Shown here piece after piece: positions 26,725 to 40,632 of a stretch of 64,000 bases of DNA. This DNA is from Octopus vulgaris. Its lineage: Eukaryota. A model generated the notes under the pieces. That model had not been told where the DNA came from, searched no databases, and saw nothing but the letters and a program-made list of their open reading frames with translations. A program made the position numbers and the translations under genes. The stretch lies in contig OX597824.1 of the NCBI GenBank assembly GCA_951406725.2, positions 88,102,001-88,166,000 of the forward strand, given 5' to 3'. Numbering within the stretch: the first letter of the stretch is position 1; every line of letters begins with the position of its first letter.

Positions 26725-27216
26725 GGAAATTTATTAGAGCATGAATTTTAAGACTTTTAGAATATTTCCATGAGAAACAAAAATGAAATCAAAATTGTGA
26801 ATGCTTGAATCAGCCATTTTTGCATCTGTCACCCAAAAGGTTATCTTTAAACAAAAAACATAAAGATAAACATTTTCTTCAAACTTTCATTTTTATATTT
26901 CATAAAAAAATTCAGACAGTGAGTATTTCAAAAGAAAAGCAGGCTCGGTTTGCCAGCTGATGATCAGATGTGAGCAACTCTGAGTATTGGAAATAGAAAC
27001 CTTTCAGTTATAATGTATTAAAGAATACATTTGTAATGAATCCTGTAATTCCGAAGACTCCACTAGAGTGGATGCAAGCGCTTATATATGATTTATAAAA
27101 ACATGTGACATATAATTAATATCTGTAAATATAAAACCATCCAGATTTCTGAGTACCTTATTTCTTCTAATATATAATACCTGTATATCATCTCCAAACC
27201 TTCTAATATACATATG

Positions 27217-27287
<71 letters not shown>

Positions 27288-27288
27288 A

Positions 27289-27323
<35 letters not shown>

Positions 27324-27375
27324 ATGTGTGTTTATATATATACATACATATATGCATACATATATATATCCATAT

Positions 27376-27461
<86 letters not shown>

Positions 27462-27644
27462 TATGTATGTGTGTATATATATACACATACATACATATAT
27501 ATGTATGTATGTATGTATATTCATATGTTGATTAGTTGTCCATAAGTGAGAAGAAAAAAACAGAATACTCTAAAAGAGAAATTGATCAGTTTTTGCTTTT
27601 ATAATGTTGAATAGAATATTCCAAGTTGTGGCATGTAACTGATT

Positions 27645-27769
27645 AGAATGTCACTGATGGTTTTGCGTCAACTGTTGCACTTGGCAATATTGACATCTCT
27701 TCAGACAACCTGAAAAGTTACCAATATTACTAAATGTGATAATCGGTGCAGAACCATTGGTAACATTCT
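27645..27769. repeat. Old imperfect fold-back (~60 bp arms)
   Basis: AGAATGTCACTGATGGTTTTGC...TTCAG acaac CTGAA...GCAGAACCATTGGTAACATTCT. Confidence 0.65.
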
Positions 27770-27996
27770 GAATTGTTATAGGAATATATTACTTCATATT
27801 ATAAAACACACACACACATATTATATCTATATCTATCTATCTATCTATCTATATATATATATAAGTTCATGAAAAATTTAGATTCAGATGAATATGGTAC
27901 TTAAGTTAAAGGCACCAGAATTTGGTATGGTATTATCCATATAAATCAAATGGGGTGATTATAATCAAAATAAGCGACAAGGATATCCAAAGGTAG

Positions 27997-28084
27997 TGTA
28001 GTACAATCGTTTCATGCTACTTCATTTAATTAAACAATGCAAGTATTACATCAGTTTTAAAATGTAGAGCACTCTTCAGCCACA
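27997..28084 (-). ncRNA. Type I hammerhead ribozyme motif with extended stem II
   Basis: TGTGG-CTGAAGA-GTGCT...AGCAT-GAAA-C-GATT-GTA^CTACA. Confidence 0.65.
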
Positions 28085-28204
28085 TGTGGAATTTTTTTAG
28101 ATGAAATTCACCTCTCTGTCTATATACCTACCCTCTTTGTAATGTCGGCAAATGGGATAGGTATAAAATTGAACATTGTCAATTTAATTTTAAAAATTCC
28201 ATAT

Positions 28205-28290
28205 GTGGCTGAAGAGTGGTCTACATTTTAAAACTGATGTAATACTTGCATTGTTTAATTAAATGAAGTAGCATGAAACGATTGTACTAC
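28205..28290 (+). ncRNA. Type I hammerhead ribozyme motif with extended stem II (mirror copy)
   Basis: GTGG-CTGAAGA-GTGGT...AGCAT-GAAA-C-GATT-GTA^CTAC; one stem II mismatch. Confidence 0.55.
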
Positions 28291-29409
28291 CCTACCTTTG
28301 GATATCCTTGTTGCTTATTTTGATCATATATATATATATATATATATATAGTATGTAGTAGATAGGATTATAGTCTGAGCTGTTTCTTCATGAAGTATGT
28401 CTGAATATTCCAGTTCTCCAAAGTATATTTGTAGAAGTTATGATTTATATGGGAGTTGAAAATATTGGAGAATATTGTTAAATAGTATTGGAGAATACTG
28501 GACAAATAGTTATTACAGAGTAATTACATATTAAAACCTTGATCTGAAGAATTATTAATAGGAGATGTTTTTTCATGTGTATACCTATGTAAACCCTATG
28601 AGTAATGAAACATATGTAATGTGTAATAAATAATACCTAAAAATTTTTCGAGTTCTGTTTTTTTTTACTTCAAGTAGTCTTTTATTTTGGAAATGTACTG
28701 AATTCCTTTGACATTAAGCAATGGCAGTTTCTGTAGTCAATTGTATCAATTCCACGATATACTTATAATATTTTTCATTTTTATTGATCCCACTGATAAA
28801 TCTGAAAGGTATGCTTAGCCCTCATCTGGACTGAGCTCAGAGCAAAGAAGAAAAAATATTACAATGTGTGCTTAAGCAGGCACTTTGTAAACATGGTTGT
28901 CTTCAATGTTGCTATTCTTAAATTTCTTGGGGTTTTTTTACATTGATTCAAAGACAGCAATTTGTAGAAAAGAACTTTGATTAATTTTATCAACCGTATG
29001 ATATGACTGGTATTTATTTTATTGACCTCACTCTTCTTGGGTGGGTATGAACCCAGAAAATAGAGAATACATATGGAAAAACATTTTAAAGAAAAGAAGT
29101 TTATTTCACCTCAAGAATTTTGGCTCTTCAATCACTAGAAGTTATAACCAATCTTTTAGAACAGGACATCTCACTCAAGCCTTGAAGTTTGCACTCTCTC
29201 TCTTCTATTGCAAGAAATATCACTTATGGAGTCATGGTGTAAGATATCCCCTTCAAAAATTGGAAATTTCAACCTCTTGCTCATATCAGAAGACCTCCTG
29301 CAAATGTTGAAGGATGTCTTATAGAACAGGAACCTCCTTCAAGCATCAAAGACCATAACATGTCTTTTAAAACAAGAAACTTCCCTCAAACATTGAAAGT
29401 TGCTATATT

Positions 29410-29890
29410 TCTTATTTCTTTATTGCCCACAAAGGGCTAAACATAGAGGGGACAAACAAGGACAGACAAACGGATTAAGTCGATTAGATCGACCCCAGTG
29501 CGTAACTGGTACTTAATTTATCAAGGCAGCTAGCTGGCAGAAGTGTTAGCACATTGGGTGAAATGCTTTGTGGCATTTCATATGCCACCGTTACGTTGTG
29601 AGTTCAAATTCCGCCAGGGTCAACTTTGCCTTTCATCCTTTCAGGGTCAATAAATTAAGTACCAGTTACGCACTGGGGTCGATGTAATCGACTTAATCCC
29701 TTCGTCTGTCCTTGTCTGTCCACTCTATGTTTAGCCCCTTGTGGGTAGTAAAGAAATAGGTACTTAATTTATCAACCCCGAAAAGATGAAAGGCAAAGTC
29801 GACCTCGGTGGAATTTGAACTTAGAATGTAGCGGCAGACGAAATATGGCCAAGCATTTCGCCTGGTGTGCTGACATTTCTGCCAGCTTGC
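29410..29890. mobile_element. SINE B (minus) containing a second SINE B (plus)
   Basis: Inner copy ~29525-29758 flanked by TSD GGTACTTAATTTATCAA; outer TSD GCTATATTTCT. Confidence 0.85.
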
Positions 29891-30940
29891 TATATTTCTG
29901 ATATGTCTGATGCCAGAAGACTTCTTTAAACATTAATGGTTGAGACCAATCTTCTGGAGCAGATAACCATCTATGAACATCAAAGATAGTTATATGTCTC
30001 TTAGAGTAGAAAACTGCCTTCAAACATTATCACCATTATCATCATCATCATTAAAGTCTGTTTTCCATGCTGGCATGGTTTGGATGGTTTGATAGGAGCA
30101 GACAAGCCAGAGAGCAGCACCAGGCTCCACTTGTCTGTTTTGGCATGGTTTCTACAGCTGGATGCCCTTCCTAATGCCAACCACTTTAAAGTGTGTACAC
30201 TTAAAGTATGTGACACCAGCATAGAAGCTTTTTATGTGGCACCAGCATCAGCAGGGTTACCAAGTCGCTTGCAAAACAAAGACCACTTAGTTGAGAGGGA
30301 GAGTGAAACTGAGGGGAGTGACTCTGTGTCAGCTGAGAGGTTAGAGTACAAGAGAGGGACAGAGATAGTTGTTTTACTATACTCTTTTTTACTCTTTTAC
30401 TTGCTTCAGTTATTTGACGACAGCCATGCTGGAGCACCGCCTTTTAGTCGAGCAAATCAACCCCAGGACTTATCAATGGTGAAATGATTGCAGAGCAACG
30501 TGAAATGAAGTGTTTTGCTCAAGAACACAACACACTACCCAGTCTGGGAATCAAAACTACAATCTTGCGATTGTGATTACAGCACCCTAACAATTAGCCT
30601 GGAAACTTTCAAATCATGACAGTTGTGATTTACACTGTGGAGTAGAATTATTTTCTATGACCTGATGAAAAATGTTGGTAAATCGAAATGAAAAGAAGGG
30701 TCAATATTGAAGAATTGTTGGAGAGGTGGTTCGTTTTGTTTCATGGTGTGAAACCACATGGCATAATCTTGGTACAATAGCTACATGTGAAAAACTGAAT
30801 GAAATACCAAACAGTTCATTGATGACGGAAATACCAGTGCCTTTTGCCACTGATGATGACGATGACGATGTCATTGAAGGAGATGATGATAATGGTGGTG
30901 GTGGTGCTGGTGCTGCTGCTGCTGTTGGTGTTGCTGTTGC

Positions 30941-31113
30941 TGTTGAGCGAATGGTCTTCGTCCCAGAGCTCACAAGATGGGAGAAGTCTGAAACGTGGTC
31001 CTTTGCTATTCGTAAGACCCGCAGAAGAGAAAGCAGCTCGACCCCCGACACTGAGAGCATCAACGGATGGATTAATGAGCATCTAGGCTCAGCGGTTGCG
31101 TAGAAAGTCAGGG
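30941..31113 (-). mobile_element. SINE 3' tail fragment
   Basis: Homologous to 56880-57040. Confidence 0.7.
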
Positions 31114-32042
31114 ATGCTGCTGTTGCTGCCTCTTACGACTGATGATGATGATAATAGTAATGATGATGATGATGATGATACATAATGATGATGAACACAA
31201 TCCAGTGGCAGGATGTTTGATTAGAAAGTTAAGCAACACTTATCGAATATTTGCTCATATGAAGAGAATTTGCCTTGCTTTTGCAAAAATTTTGTTGGTA
31301 CCCACATCAAAACCTGTTCTATTCTTGTATAACATTTAAAAATAGAGGGGGAAAGAGTTAAACTACTGAACAGCTCTTTTTATTGTGCAAATTAAAATAA
31401 GTTTTACCGAAGACAATAAAAGCTTCAAGCTGATTCGGAGTATTAAAGACTCTTTTTTTTAATCATCCTCTCAAACATCATACCTAAACATAGAAAGGGG
31501 AATATCCATTCACTTATTAAAAAAAAAAAAATTGTGATGAAGCTTTATTTTCTTCTGCTTCGGCGGAACAATAAACCTCATCTTGTTCTTTAATCTATAC
31601 AAATCCTGTATCAGTTAGATGTTGAAAAATACAATGGCCTGGATTATCTCATCAGCAAAGAACTGTTGTATTGATTTATGAACGATAATAATATTTCGCT
31701 GTGACTGTTTTGTGCAAAATACTGATATGTGCTGGCTGAAGTGGTCTCTTGGTAATCATTGATTTCATCCATGCTTCATAATCAGCATATTTTTATCATC
31801 AATTGTTGATGGGACAAAAGAAACAAAAATCAAGTTTTCTTCAACGACAGGAAATTTTTTTGAATAAAATTTCTTTAAAAAATTTTTAGGAAAAAAAAAA
31901 AATGGATGACATTTAAAAAAAAAATATGACAATTGTAACACTGGACTGAACAACTGAAATAAATCACTGGGATGCCTATACAAGGGGTCACAAGGGCTTA
32001 GGGGTGTTTTGGTTGGAGATCGTGTCTTTTACTTTATACATT

Positions 32043-32092
<50 letters not shown>

Positions 32093-32309
32093 TGTCATCA
32101 TCACCATCATCATTATTGTCTTCATGATCAACATCATCATCATCATTGTCATCACCACCATCACCATCATCATCCTCACCACCACCACCAGCATTATCCT
32201 CATCACCACTGTTATCACCACCGTCAACATTATCATCATCATCACAACCATCCTCATCGTTGTCATCATCATCCCCATCACTATCATCATCCCCATCATC
32301 ATCATCAGG

Positions 32310-32445
32310 ACAACACAGAACACAGAATGACAGAACACTGCACAAAATGACAGAACACAGCACACAGAATGACAGAACACTGCAGAAAATGACAGAACAC
32401 AGTACACAGAATGACAGAACACAGCACACAGAATGGCAGAATGAT
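32310..32445. repeat. Minisatellite, GACAGAACAC core with ~20-22 bp units
   Basis: GACAGAACACTGCA.AAAAT alternates with GACAGAACACAG.ACACAGAAT. Confidence 0.85.
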
Positions 32446-33049
32446 AGAAACACATGCCCTTTACAATCCAATGACATCATATGTTGTCTAGGAAGAGCGT
32501 TTCGTCCCAGGATTATTTCCACGGCAGTGTATCTTTTCTCATCCGAGCGTGCTCAACCAAGTTAAATATGACTTTATTAAATGTTGCTTCATGCAGCTCC
32601 CTCATCCCCTTCCTTGGGCCCCTGTCCCTATCCTCTCTTATTCTAAGTCTCTTGTCCCTTGAGAATTTGGTCAAGCACCCCACCACTACCTTCCTCTTAT
32701 CTTTTCCAGCCATATGTCTCTTCTTGTGGAGGTGCATGGCTTAGTGGTCAGTCCATCGCAGTGTTACCCAAGAAACAGAAAGAAAGAGTGAGAGAAAGTT
32801 GGGGTGAAAGAGTACAACAGGGGTTGCCACCACCCCCTGCCGGAGCTTTGTGGGGCTTTAGGTGTTTTCGCTCAATAAACACACACAATGCCTGGTCTGG
32901 GAATCGAAACCGCGATCCTCCAACCGTGAGACTGCTGCCCTAACCACTTGGCAACAACGACAATTATGATGATGATACAAAAAATGAAAATCAAAATCAA
33001 AATCAAAATCGATCAACATCAATGGAAATTGCAGCTGTGATACCAGTGA

Positions 33050-33420
33050 CGGTGGCACGTAAGCGAACCATTCGATCATGGCCGTTGCCAACGCCACCCC
33101 GATGGGCCTCCGTGCCGGTGGCACGTAAAAAGCACCATCCGATCTTGGCTGTTGCCAGCCTCGCCTGGCCCCCCCGTGCCGGTGGCACGTAAAAAGCACC
33201 ATCTGAGCATGGCCGTTTGCCAGCCTTGTCTGGCACCTGTGTCGGTGGCACGTAAAAAGCACCCACTACACTCACGGAGTGGTTGGCGTTAGGAAGGGCA
33301 TCCAGCCGTAGAAACATTGCCAGATCAGACTGGGCCTGGTGCAGCCTTCTGGCTTCTCAGACCCAAGTTGAACCGTCCAACCCATGCTAGCATGGAAAGT
33401 GGACGCTAAATGATGATGAC
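33050..33420 (+). mobile_element. RTE LINE 3' UTR
   Basis: GTGCCGGTGGCACGTAAAAAGCACC repeats, then the conserved terminus and GAT tail. Confidence 0.85.
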
Positions 33421-33894
33421 GATACAACAGCAGACAGAACTGCTTTCAAAATGTTCTGCAAGAAATGACACCAAGCTGAAGCAGTTCCAAAGTTTTATCT
33501 TATGCTTTTTCTTCGTGGCATAATGATCTACAGGTAGCAAGAGTGTTTTGTTTTTGCTTATTTTGGTCTTTTGTGTGTTTCTGCAAACTAAAAGAATGAA
33601 GCTCAATCTACTGCCAAAATACTTGAAGTTCACCAAAAATAGATCCTTATATCAAGCTTCAAAGAAAATGGGCAAAAAAGGGTATTTTGTTTTGTTTTAT
33701 ATTTTACTCTTTTCCTGTATATTTTCAAAAACAATGGGTTACTCCAGATAGTATTAGAAAATCAGTCATCAAGTATAATCTATAGAAAAATACAAAAAAT
33801 GGTATTCTACTCTAAGAGGCTATTTTCTATGAGAACAACTTGACTGCTTTTCAAAATTCTTATTCATAAATCTTATTCAGACATCAGAAAAAAA

Positions 33895-34306
33895 GGATCT
33901 TTTCGGTTTGAATGGCAGTTTTTAAAAATAATTTCTAGGTAACTAAAAAATTTTTAACTTTGTATACTGGTAGAATGTGTTTATAAAACATCATTTTCTC
34001 TTGGCTTTCTTGAGAAAATTCTATAGTTTGTAAGATATTTGTTGTTTTTTTTCTTCAATTTCTGCAATTTCAACCAATCACTGACGTCTATTGAGGTAAC
34101 AAACATTCTGTGCCGTATGAATATGTCCCTCGTTTAAGAAACAGATTAGGTTTATTTACATTTGTGAAGAAAAAAAGATACCCATCCCCCCACCCCTAAC
34201 CCTAAAACAGATTGAAATGCAATAGATCGGTATTAGGGTCATAATTATGGGTGACAATTTCATATGACACCGCTAGAAAAAACTGCCGTTCAAACCGAAA
34301 AGATCC
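33895..34306. mobile_element. MITE, same family as 26297-26724, opposite orientation
   Basis: GGATCTTTTCGGTTTG / CAAACCGAAAAGATCC; TSD GAAAAAAA. Confidence 0.88.
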
Positions 34307-34538
34307 GAAAAAAATGTTAGCAATATTAAATTTGTTTTGAACAAGAATGTAAATTTCCATGGCATATAATGAGATTTCCTTCACAATTGCTTTATATAGA
34401 ATTTTTATAAGTTGTTTCTATTTGTTAATGTTGTCTGTTTCTTTCTTATTTATTTTATTTTCTTATCTAAAATTTTGTCTCACTCATTCATATTGTTCCA
34501 AAGTCATTAGGTATTCAAGCTTATGACACTATCATATA

Positions 34539-35048
34539 CCGTAAATCCTCGAGTATAGTCCACCCTTGAGTATAATACACAGGGGATTTATAGGGGGCTG
34601 TACCACTGAAAAACCTAACCTTGTGTATAATACACACCCCTTCTCGAACTTGAGTCAAGGAGATCTATATAACGTCCTTGGTTTATAAAAATGTATACAG
34701 TAACATCCTTTATTGTTATTGTATATATAACATAATGCAAACGTGTAGATTTTTGTGCATTTTGCTTGCAGAAAATAAAGAAATAACAGTAATAATGTTT
34801 AATAAATGTTGCTAACTGCAAGTTATGGATGATTCTTTTATGACTTCATTGCTTTCAGGCTTAGCTTAAGATATTTTGGCGCCCAACATCAGAAGATGCG
34901 TCTGAATAAACATTGCTTGACCGCAAATAGAGACTCGGACATTGCTTAGAAAATAATTTTCATTTTTAACCTCGTATATAGTACGCACTAGGGATTTTGA
35001 CCTTTAAATTTTGAGGGAAAAATGCAGATTATACTCGAGGATTTACGG
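34539..35048. mobile_element. Tc1/mariner (pogo/Tc2-like) MITE
   Basis: TA TSD; TIR CCGTAAATCCTCGAGTATA / TATACTCGAGGATTTACGG. Confidence 0.9.
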
Positions 35049-35348
35049 TAAGCTAAATGTTATAGTCACACATACAAATAGCTGAGTATTATAGTCACAC
35101 ACACACACACACACACACATGTAGAAAAAGTGTGCAATGAGCATTTTCTAGGATGCATAAATATAAAACACTTCACATGAGTTGGATTGCTGAAGTCTCT
35201 TCTAGAAAAGGTTAAACGTCTAAAATAACTATTATCTCTTTTACTGATATAATGTCACACTGTTCGTATAAACTGCGTTGATATTTAAGAGAGTTTAATA
35301 CATAATTTCATAGTTATCATTCCTTGCACATGCAATAACTAAAATATA

Positions 35349-36074
35349 TCATTGCTATTGTGGAGGCGCAATGGCCCAGTGGTTAGGGCAGCAGACTCGC
35401 GGTCGTAGGATCGCGGTTTCGATTCCCAGACCGGGTGTTGTGAGTGTTTATTGAGCGAAAACACCTAAGAGCTCCCCGGCTCCGGCAGGGGGTGGTGATC
35501 CCTGCTGTACTCTTTCACCACTCTTTCTTTCACTCTTTCTTCTGTTGGCCTACTCGTTTAGCCAGCAAGGTGGCGTCATTCGAAGGCTAAAACAATGCGA
35601 ACGCATGGTGACCAGCGATGTGTAACTACATCTGATGGACTGGTCGTAAAAAAAAAAAACCATTGCTATTATGTTAAACTGTTGTATGTCCAAATTTGAC
35701 CAAATGCGTTTTTTTTTTTGTTTTTCAATATTTAATTTTGCTTGCAATAGCCAGTTCTTTTGATTAAACTATCGTATCTCCAGCTGCTTCAGTACAAGGA
35801 CTTATCAAATTCCAGGGCTCGCTGAAGTGTAGTATAATGGTTTAGTATTTTTCAAGAGTGTAGTAAGCCCCACCACATACGACAGTTTTGCAAAAATATT
35901 TCTGATTGAAAATAACATACAAGCATGGAGTTAGGATTTTATGCACCAAACAAAGTGTTATTGTTGAGCTGAAACTGTTGATAATGTGAAAAGATATGAA
36001 ATGGTGAAACTATTTTTTCGTTTTCTGAAAAAGCAACGTTTTGAACTTACGACACTTTTGCATAATAGCAATGA
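35349..36074. mobile_element. TIR element with a family C SINE (35360-35660) inserted in its left end
   Basis: CATTGCTATTATG / CATAATAGCAATG ends; SINE flanked by duplicated CATTGCTATT. Confidence 0.65.
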
Positions 36075-36100
36075 TATGTAATGTTATACGGTGTGTAAGG

Positions 36101-36560
36101 TAACAAGCTGGCAAAATCATTAGCACACCGTTACGTTCTGCCATTACGTTCTGAGTTCAAATTCCGCCGAGGTTGACTTTGCCTTTCATCCTTTCGGGGT
36201 CGATAAATTAAGTACCAGTTATGCACTGGGGTCGATGTAATCGACTTAACCCCTTTGTCTGTCCTTGTCTGTCCCCTCTATGTCTAGCCCCTTGTGGGAA
36301 ATAAAGAAATAAGAATCATTAGCACTCCAGCGAGCTGGCAGAAACATTAGCACGCCAGGCGAAATACTTAGCCGTATTTCGTCTGTCTTTACGTTCTGAG
36401 TTCAAATTCTGCCGAGGTCAACTTTGCCTTTCATCCTTTCGGGGTTGATAAATTTAAGTACCAGTTATGCACTGGCATCTATGTAATTGACTTAATCCCT
36501 TTGTTTATCTTTGTTTGTCCCCTCTATGTTTAGCCCCTTGTGGGCAATAAAGAAATAAGA
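36101..36560 (+). mobile_element. SINE family B, two adjacent or nested copies
   Basis: Two body modules each ending ATAAAGAAATAAG. Confidence 0.85.
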
Positions 36561-36574
36561 ACCATTAGCACACC

Positions 36575-36955
36575 ATAGTTGTGGCCAATGCCAGTGTCAC
36601 ATAACTGGCACCTGCACTGGTGGCACATAAAAAGCACCTTTTGAGTGTTGGGCTTCACGGAAGCAATGACAAATGACCGAGACCTTTGGCAATATGCTGT
36701 GCTTGAGAAGAAGACCCTTCAAGCCAAGTGAAATCATAGTCATGGCATATACTGGTGTCAAGCAACTGGCACCTGTGCCAGTGGCACATAAAAGCAACCA
36801 TTACACTCTTGGAGTGGTTGGCATTAGGAAGGGCATCCAGTCATAGAAACCATGCCAAATCAGACTGAAGTCTGGTGCAGCCCCTCAGCTTTCCAGCCCT
36901 GGTCAAACCATCCAATCCATGCCAACATGGAAAATAGATGTTAAATGATGGCAAT
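36575..36955 (+). mobile_element. RTE LINE 3' UTR
   Basis: Homologous to 2560-3100. Confidence 0.8.
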
Positions 36956-37300
36956 GAAGACTAGACAACATGCTTAGTACCATTCTGCTGAGGTTGACTT
37001 AGCCTTTCATTCTCTCGGGATTGATGAAATAAGAACCAGTTGAGCATTGGGATTGATGTAATAGGCTATACCCCTCCGTCTTCTCTCCTTCCAAAATTCC
37101 AGGCCTTGTGCCAAAATTTGAAACCAAAATTATACTATGTTGCTTCAACAGGTTCAAACTGAATTCAGAATTTATACAAGACGTTTTCTCTTTGTAGTAT
37201 TTTTCTACAAAAACAAAATATGCAATCTTGAAATTTTCACGTATAACAAAGGGGGAAAACTTTATCCTATATAGTAACATAAATATTAAAAATAAAATAA

Positions 37301-37805
37301 ATGCACCCTTTTAAAGCCTAGCCAGGCTCATGGGCCCAGTTTTCCGGTTTCAATGGCGTATATGTTCCCCAGCTGGACAGGACGCCAGTCCATCGCAGCG
37401 TTACTCCTTTTTGCCAGCTGAGTGGACTGGAGCAATGTGAAATGAAGTGTTTTGCTCAAGAATACAATGCGTCGCCCGGTCCAGGAATCGAAACCACAAT
37501 CTTACAATCATGATGCAGACACCCTAACCAATAAGCCACAAGCCTCCACAAAATAAATGCGCCCTTGTAAAGCCTAGCCAGGCTCATGGGCCCGGTTTCC
37601 CGGTTTCTATGGCGTATATGTTCCCCAGCTGGACAGGACGCCAGTCCATCGCAGCATTACTCATTTTTGCCAGCTGAGTGGACTGGAGCAACGTGAAATG
37701 AAGTGTTTTGCTCAAGAACACAATGTGTTACCCAGTCCAGGAATCGAAACCACAATCTTATGATCATGATGCTGACACCCTAACCACTAAGCCACGTGCC
37801 TCCAC
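37301..37805 (-). mobile_element. Head-to-tail tRNA-SINE dimer
   Basis: Two ~250-bp units; same arrangement at 57661-58172. Confidence 0.88.
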
Positions 37806-38040
37806 AGATGAATATTAGAGAAAGGTTACAATGCTTGAGGCTTATGAATTAAGTTGCACTTGAAAATAAGTTTGTTGTCAAACTCTAGCCTTGTGCAGTT
37901 GCCAAGAAAGACCTGTTGTATTTATTTTGCATAACGAATTAAATAATTAATGGGGATATGAAGAGAGTTTTTAAGAAAATATCAACAAAGTTTGTAATCA
38001 TAGTATCATACATTTTTCCTCCTTTTTCTTCTTTCTAATT

Positions 38041-38084
<44 letters not shown>

Positions 38085-38092
38085 CATCATCA

Positions 38093-38430
38093 GTGAAGGC
38101 ACATGGCTCAGTGGTTAGAGCATCGAGCTTACGATCGTGAGGTTGTGAGCTCGAATCCCGAACCGGGCTGTGTGTTGTATTCTTGAGCAAGACCCTTTAT
38201 TTCACGTTGCTCCAGTTCACTCAGCTGTAGAAATGAGTTGCGACGTCACAGGTGCCAAGCTGTATCGGCCCCTTTGCCTTTCCCTTGGATAACACTGGTG
38301 GCGTGGAGAGGGGAGGCCGATATGCATGGGCGACTGCTGGTCTTCCATAAACAACCTTGCCCGGACTTGGGCCTGGGAGGGTAACTTTCTAGGTGCAATC
38401 CTATGGTCATTCATGACCGAAGGGGGTCTC
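38093..38430 (+). mobile_element. tRNA-derived SINE family F
   Basis: GTGAAGGCACATGGCTCAGTGGTTAGAGC...TCGAATCCC head; 3' end GACCGAAGGGGGTCTC; copies at 50818-51141 and 59047-59385 (minus). Confidence 0.88.
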
Positions 38431-38471
38431 AGAATATCATCATCATCATTTAACCTCTGCTTTCCATGGGT

Positions 38472-38504
<33 letters not shown>

Positions 38505-39749
38505 TACCGGAGTAAACACATAAATGTGAAACAAGGTGGAAAAAAGAGTACTCAAATGCCAGGGGTAGAGTAATATGCTTTATTTAAAAGCAGCAGAAAT
38601 TCAACAAAACCTGTTACTCGGAGTTTTGGCTTGATGTTTACAGCTGGATGCCTTTCCTAACACCAACCTCTCCACAGAGTGCACTGGCTGGTTTTTATAT
38701 GTCACTGGCACAGATGTCTTTTACGTGTCACCGGCATTGGTGCCTGTTATGTGTCACCAGGACAGGGTACCTGTTACACATCACTGGCACAGGTGCCTTT
38801 CACATATCTCTGACACTGGTGGCCATAACTACGATCACACTCAGCTTGACATGTCTTCTCAAGCATAACAAATTACCAAAACGCTTGGTCACTTGTCATC
38901 ACCTCCATGAGACTCAACATCTGACCTGAGACTCAACACACACACACATGCGCATGTGCATGCACACACACATACACACACCTTGGTTTTAGGATATCAA
39001 TTCTGCTGTGGTGGGCAGGTCTTCTTAATGACAATTCCTTATGAATGCTTAATGAAACACTTCCATTGATATCAATCTACACAAGCCTTCAATAAGCTTT
39101 ACATTCTCATCACAATCAAAGTTAAATGTAATTAAGGAGGTCCTAATTATTCAGAAAAGTAATTGTGTCCCATGTATTTACTCTTAATCATTTTAATTCT
39201 CATCTATTAACATTCAATATAGATGAGGAGGAGAAAAATAGCCATGCTTCACACATGTTAATTAGAAATCTAATTACAATATTTGGTAGATCTAACTTCA
39301 ATAACGACAATGTCATACAGGTTGCTTTATAATATCGAACCAATTCTCTGCTGTCCACTTTTGTTCTTGAATAGCTTCGTTTTGTAGGAAATGACTTTTA
39401 TTTATTAACCTGGAAACCAATAACTTTTGATGAAGTAAGTTTCACTTTCACTTTCATGAGACCCTCCAGCGAATGCAGAAATGTTGTCATGTCTTATTTT
39501 CAACAATGCTATCTTAAATGTTGGTACGATGATGGTGTTGAGAAACCACATGGTTATGAAGTGACATCCTTAACCACACATACATACATCATTTTCAGCA
39601 CCTATACTGGTCAACTAAAGAAGATGTTTATATATATATATATATATATATAACGGGAAGGCTTACGAAAATGAACAAAAGACGAATGCAGGTGGAGTAC
39701 AAACAAACAAATGTATTAGTATAGCGCTGAGGAATAGAAATAGAAAAAG

Positions 39750-39787
39750 TCTTTTACATTTCGAGCCTACGCTCTTCAACAGAAAGA
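39750..39787 (-). ncRNA. Hammerhead-like motif (U6 core variant) in PLE-like repeat 39652-39845
   Basis: TCTTT-CTGTTGA-A-GAGC-GTAG-GCTC-GAAA-T-GTA^AAAGA. Confidence 0.5.
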
Positions 39788-39851
39788 TACACAGAAAAAA
39801 ACAAGGAGAGAAAAAAATGCGAGTATGAGCCAATGCTCTATCATGATATAT

Positions 39852-40155
39852 ATATAAATTAGAAAAAACCACCTTTTGTCAATTCAAAATGAACAATTAA
39901 ATTACACCATCTAGAAAATTACATATAATAGAAATATAAAAAATAAAATAACAGTAATATACCATTGATTAAGTAAATTGCAAATTGTATATATTTGGTA
40001 TATATATACGTTTTTATTATTTTGCACTTTACTTAATCATTGGTATATTATTGTTATTTCATTTTTAATATTTCTATTATATGTAATTTTCTAGATGGTG
40101 TAATTTAATTGTTCATTTTGAATTGATAAAAGGTGTTTTTTTCTAATTTTTATAT
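39852..40155. repeat. Fold-back inverted repeat (~135 bp arms)
   Basis: AATTCAAAATGAACAATTAAATTACACCATCTAGAAAATTACATATAATAGAAATAT is mirrored exactly. Confidence 0.9.
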
Positions 40156-40240
40156 CTATATTATATTTTGTGAAATTTGATTTAGTATTTCTAAATTGAA
40201 TTTTCCCCTGTAAGTTAGGAATAATATTCCCTCAAATTAT

Positions 40241-40274
<34 letters not shown>

Positions 40275-40399
40275 CTACTTTCATTGTTTACAGTCTTCTG
40301 TGCCAGTATATTTGTGTATCCGTAAATAACCATGCCTAGACAAGGAATAGGATCTCCACTGTAGAAGAAGTGCAGTTACAATAGCTCAAAGAAGCAACT

Positions 40400-40632
40400 T
40401 CTTATTTCTTTATTGCCCACAAGGGGCTAATCATAGAGGGGACAAACAAGGACAGACATAGGTATTAAGTCGATTATATCGACCCCAGTGCGTAACTGGT
40501 ACTTATTTAATCGATCCCGAAAGGATGAAAGGCAAAGTCGAACTCGGCGGAATTTGAACTCAGAACGTAACAGCAGACGAAATACAGCTACGCATTTCGC
40601 CTGGTGTGCTAACAATTCTGCCAGCTCGCTGC
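40400..40632 (-). mobile_element. SINE family B
   Basis: Full-length homology to 12125-12356. Confidence 0.88.

Larger units (their letters stand above)
27961..28327. mobile_element. Fold-back PLE-like repeat (~135 bp arms) with paired hammerheads
   Basis: Arms ~27961-28095 and ~28190-28327, within a segment bounded by (TA)n. Confidence 0.8.

Noticed and set aside
29041-30020. ORF-like sequence around nested SINEs, possibly an old LINE
   Set aside because: No motif I can identify with confidence
33050-33265. Regularly spaced GTGCCGGTGGCACGTAAAAAGCACC repeats resembling a CRISPR array
   Set aside because: The spacers resemble one another, the context is eukaryotic, and the array is part of the multi-copy RTE 3' UTR
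38093-38170. tRNA-like sequences here and at other SINE heads as tRNA genes
   Set aside because: Each continues into a SINE body and I could not form a complete cloverleaf; treated as SINE heads
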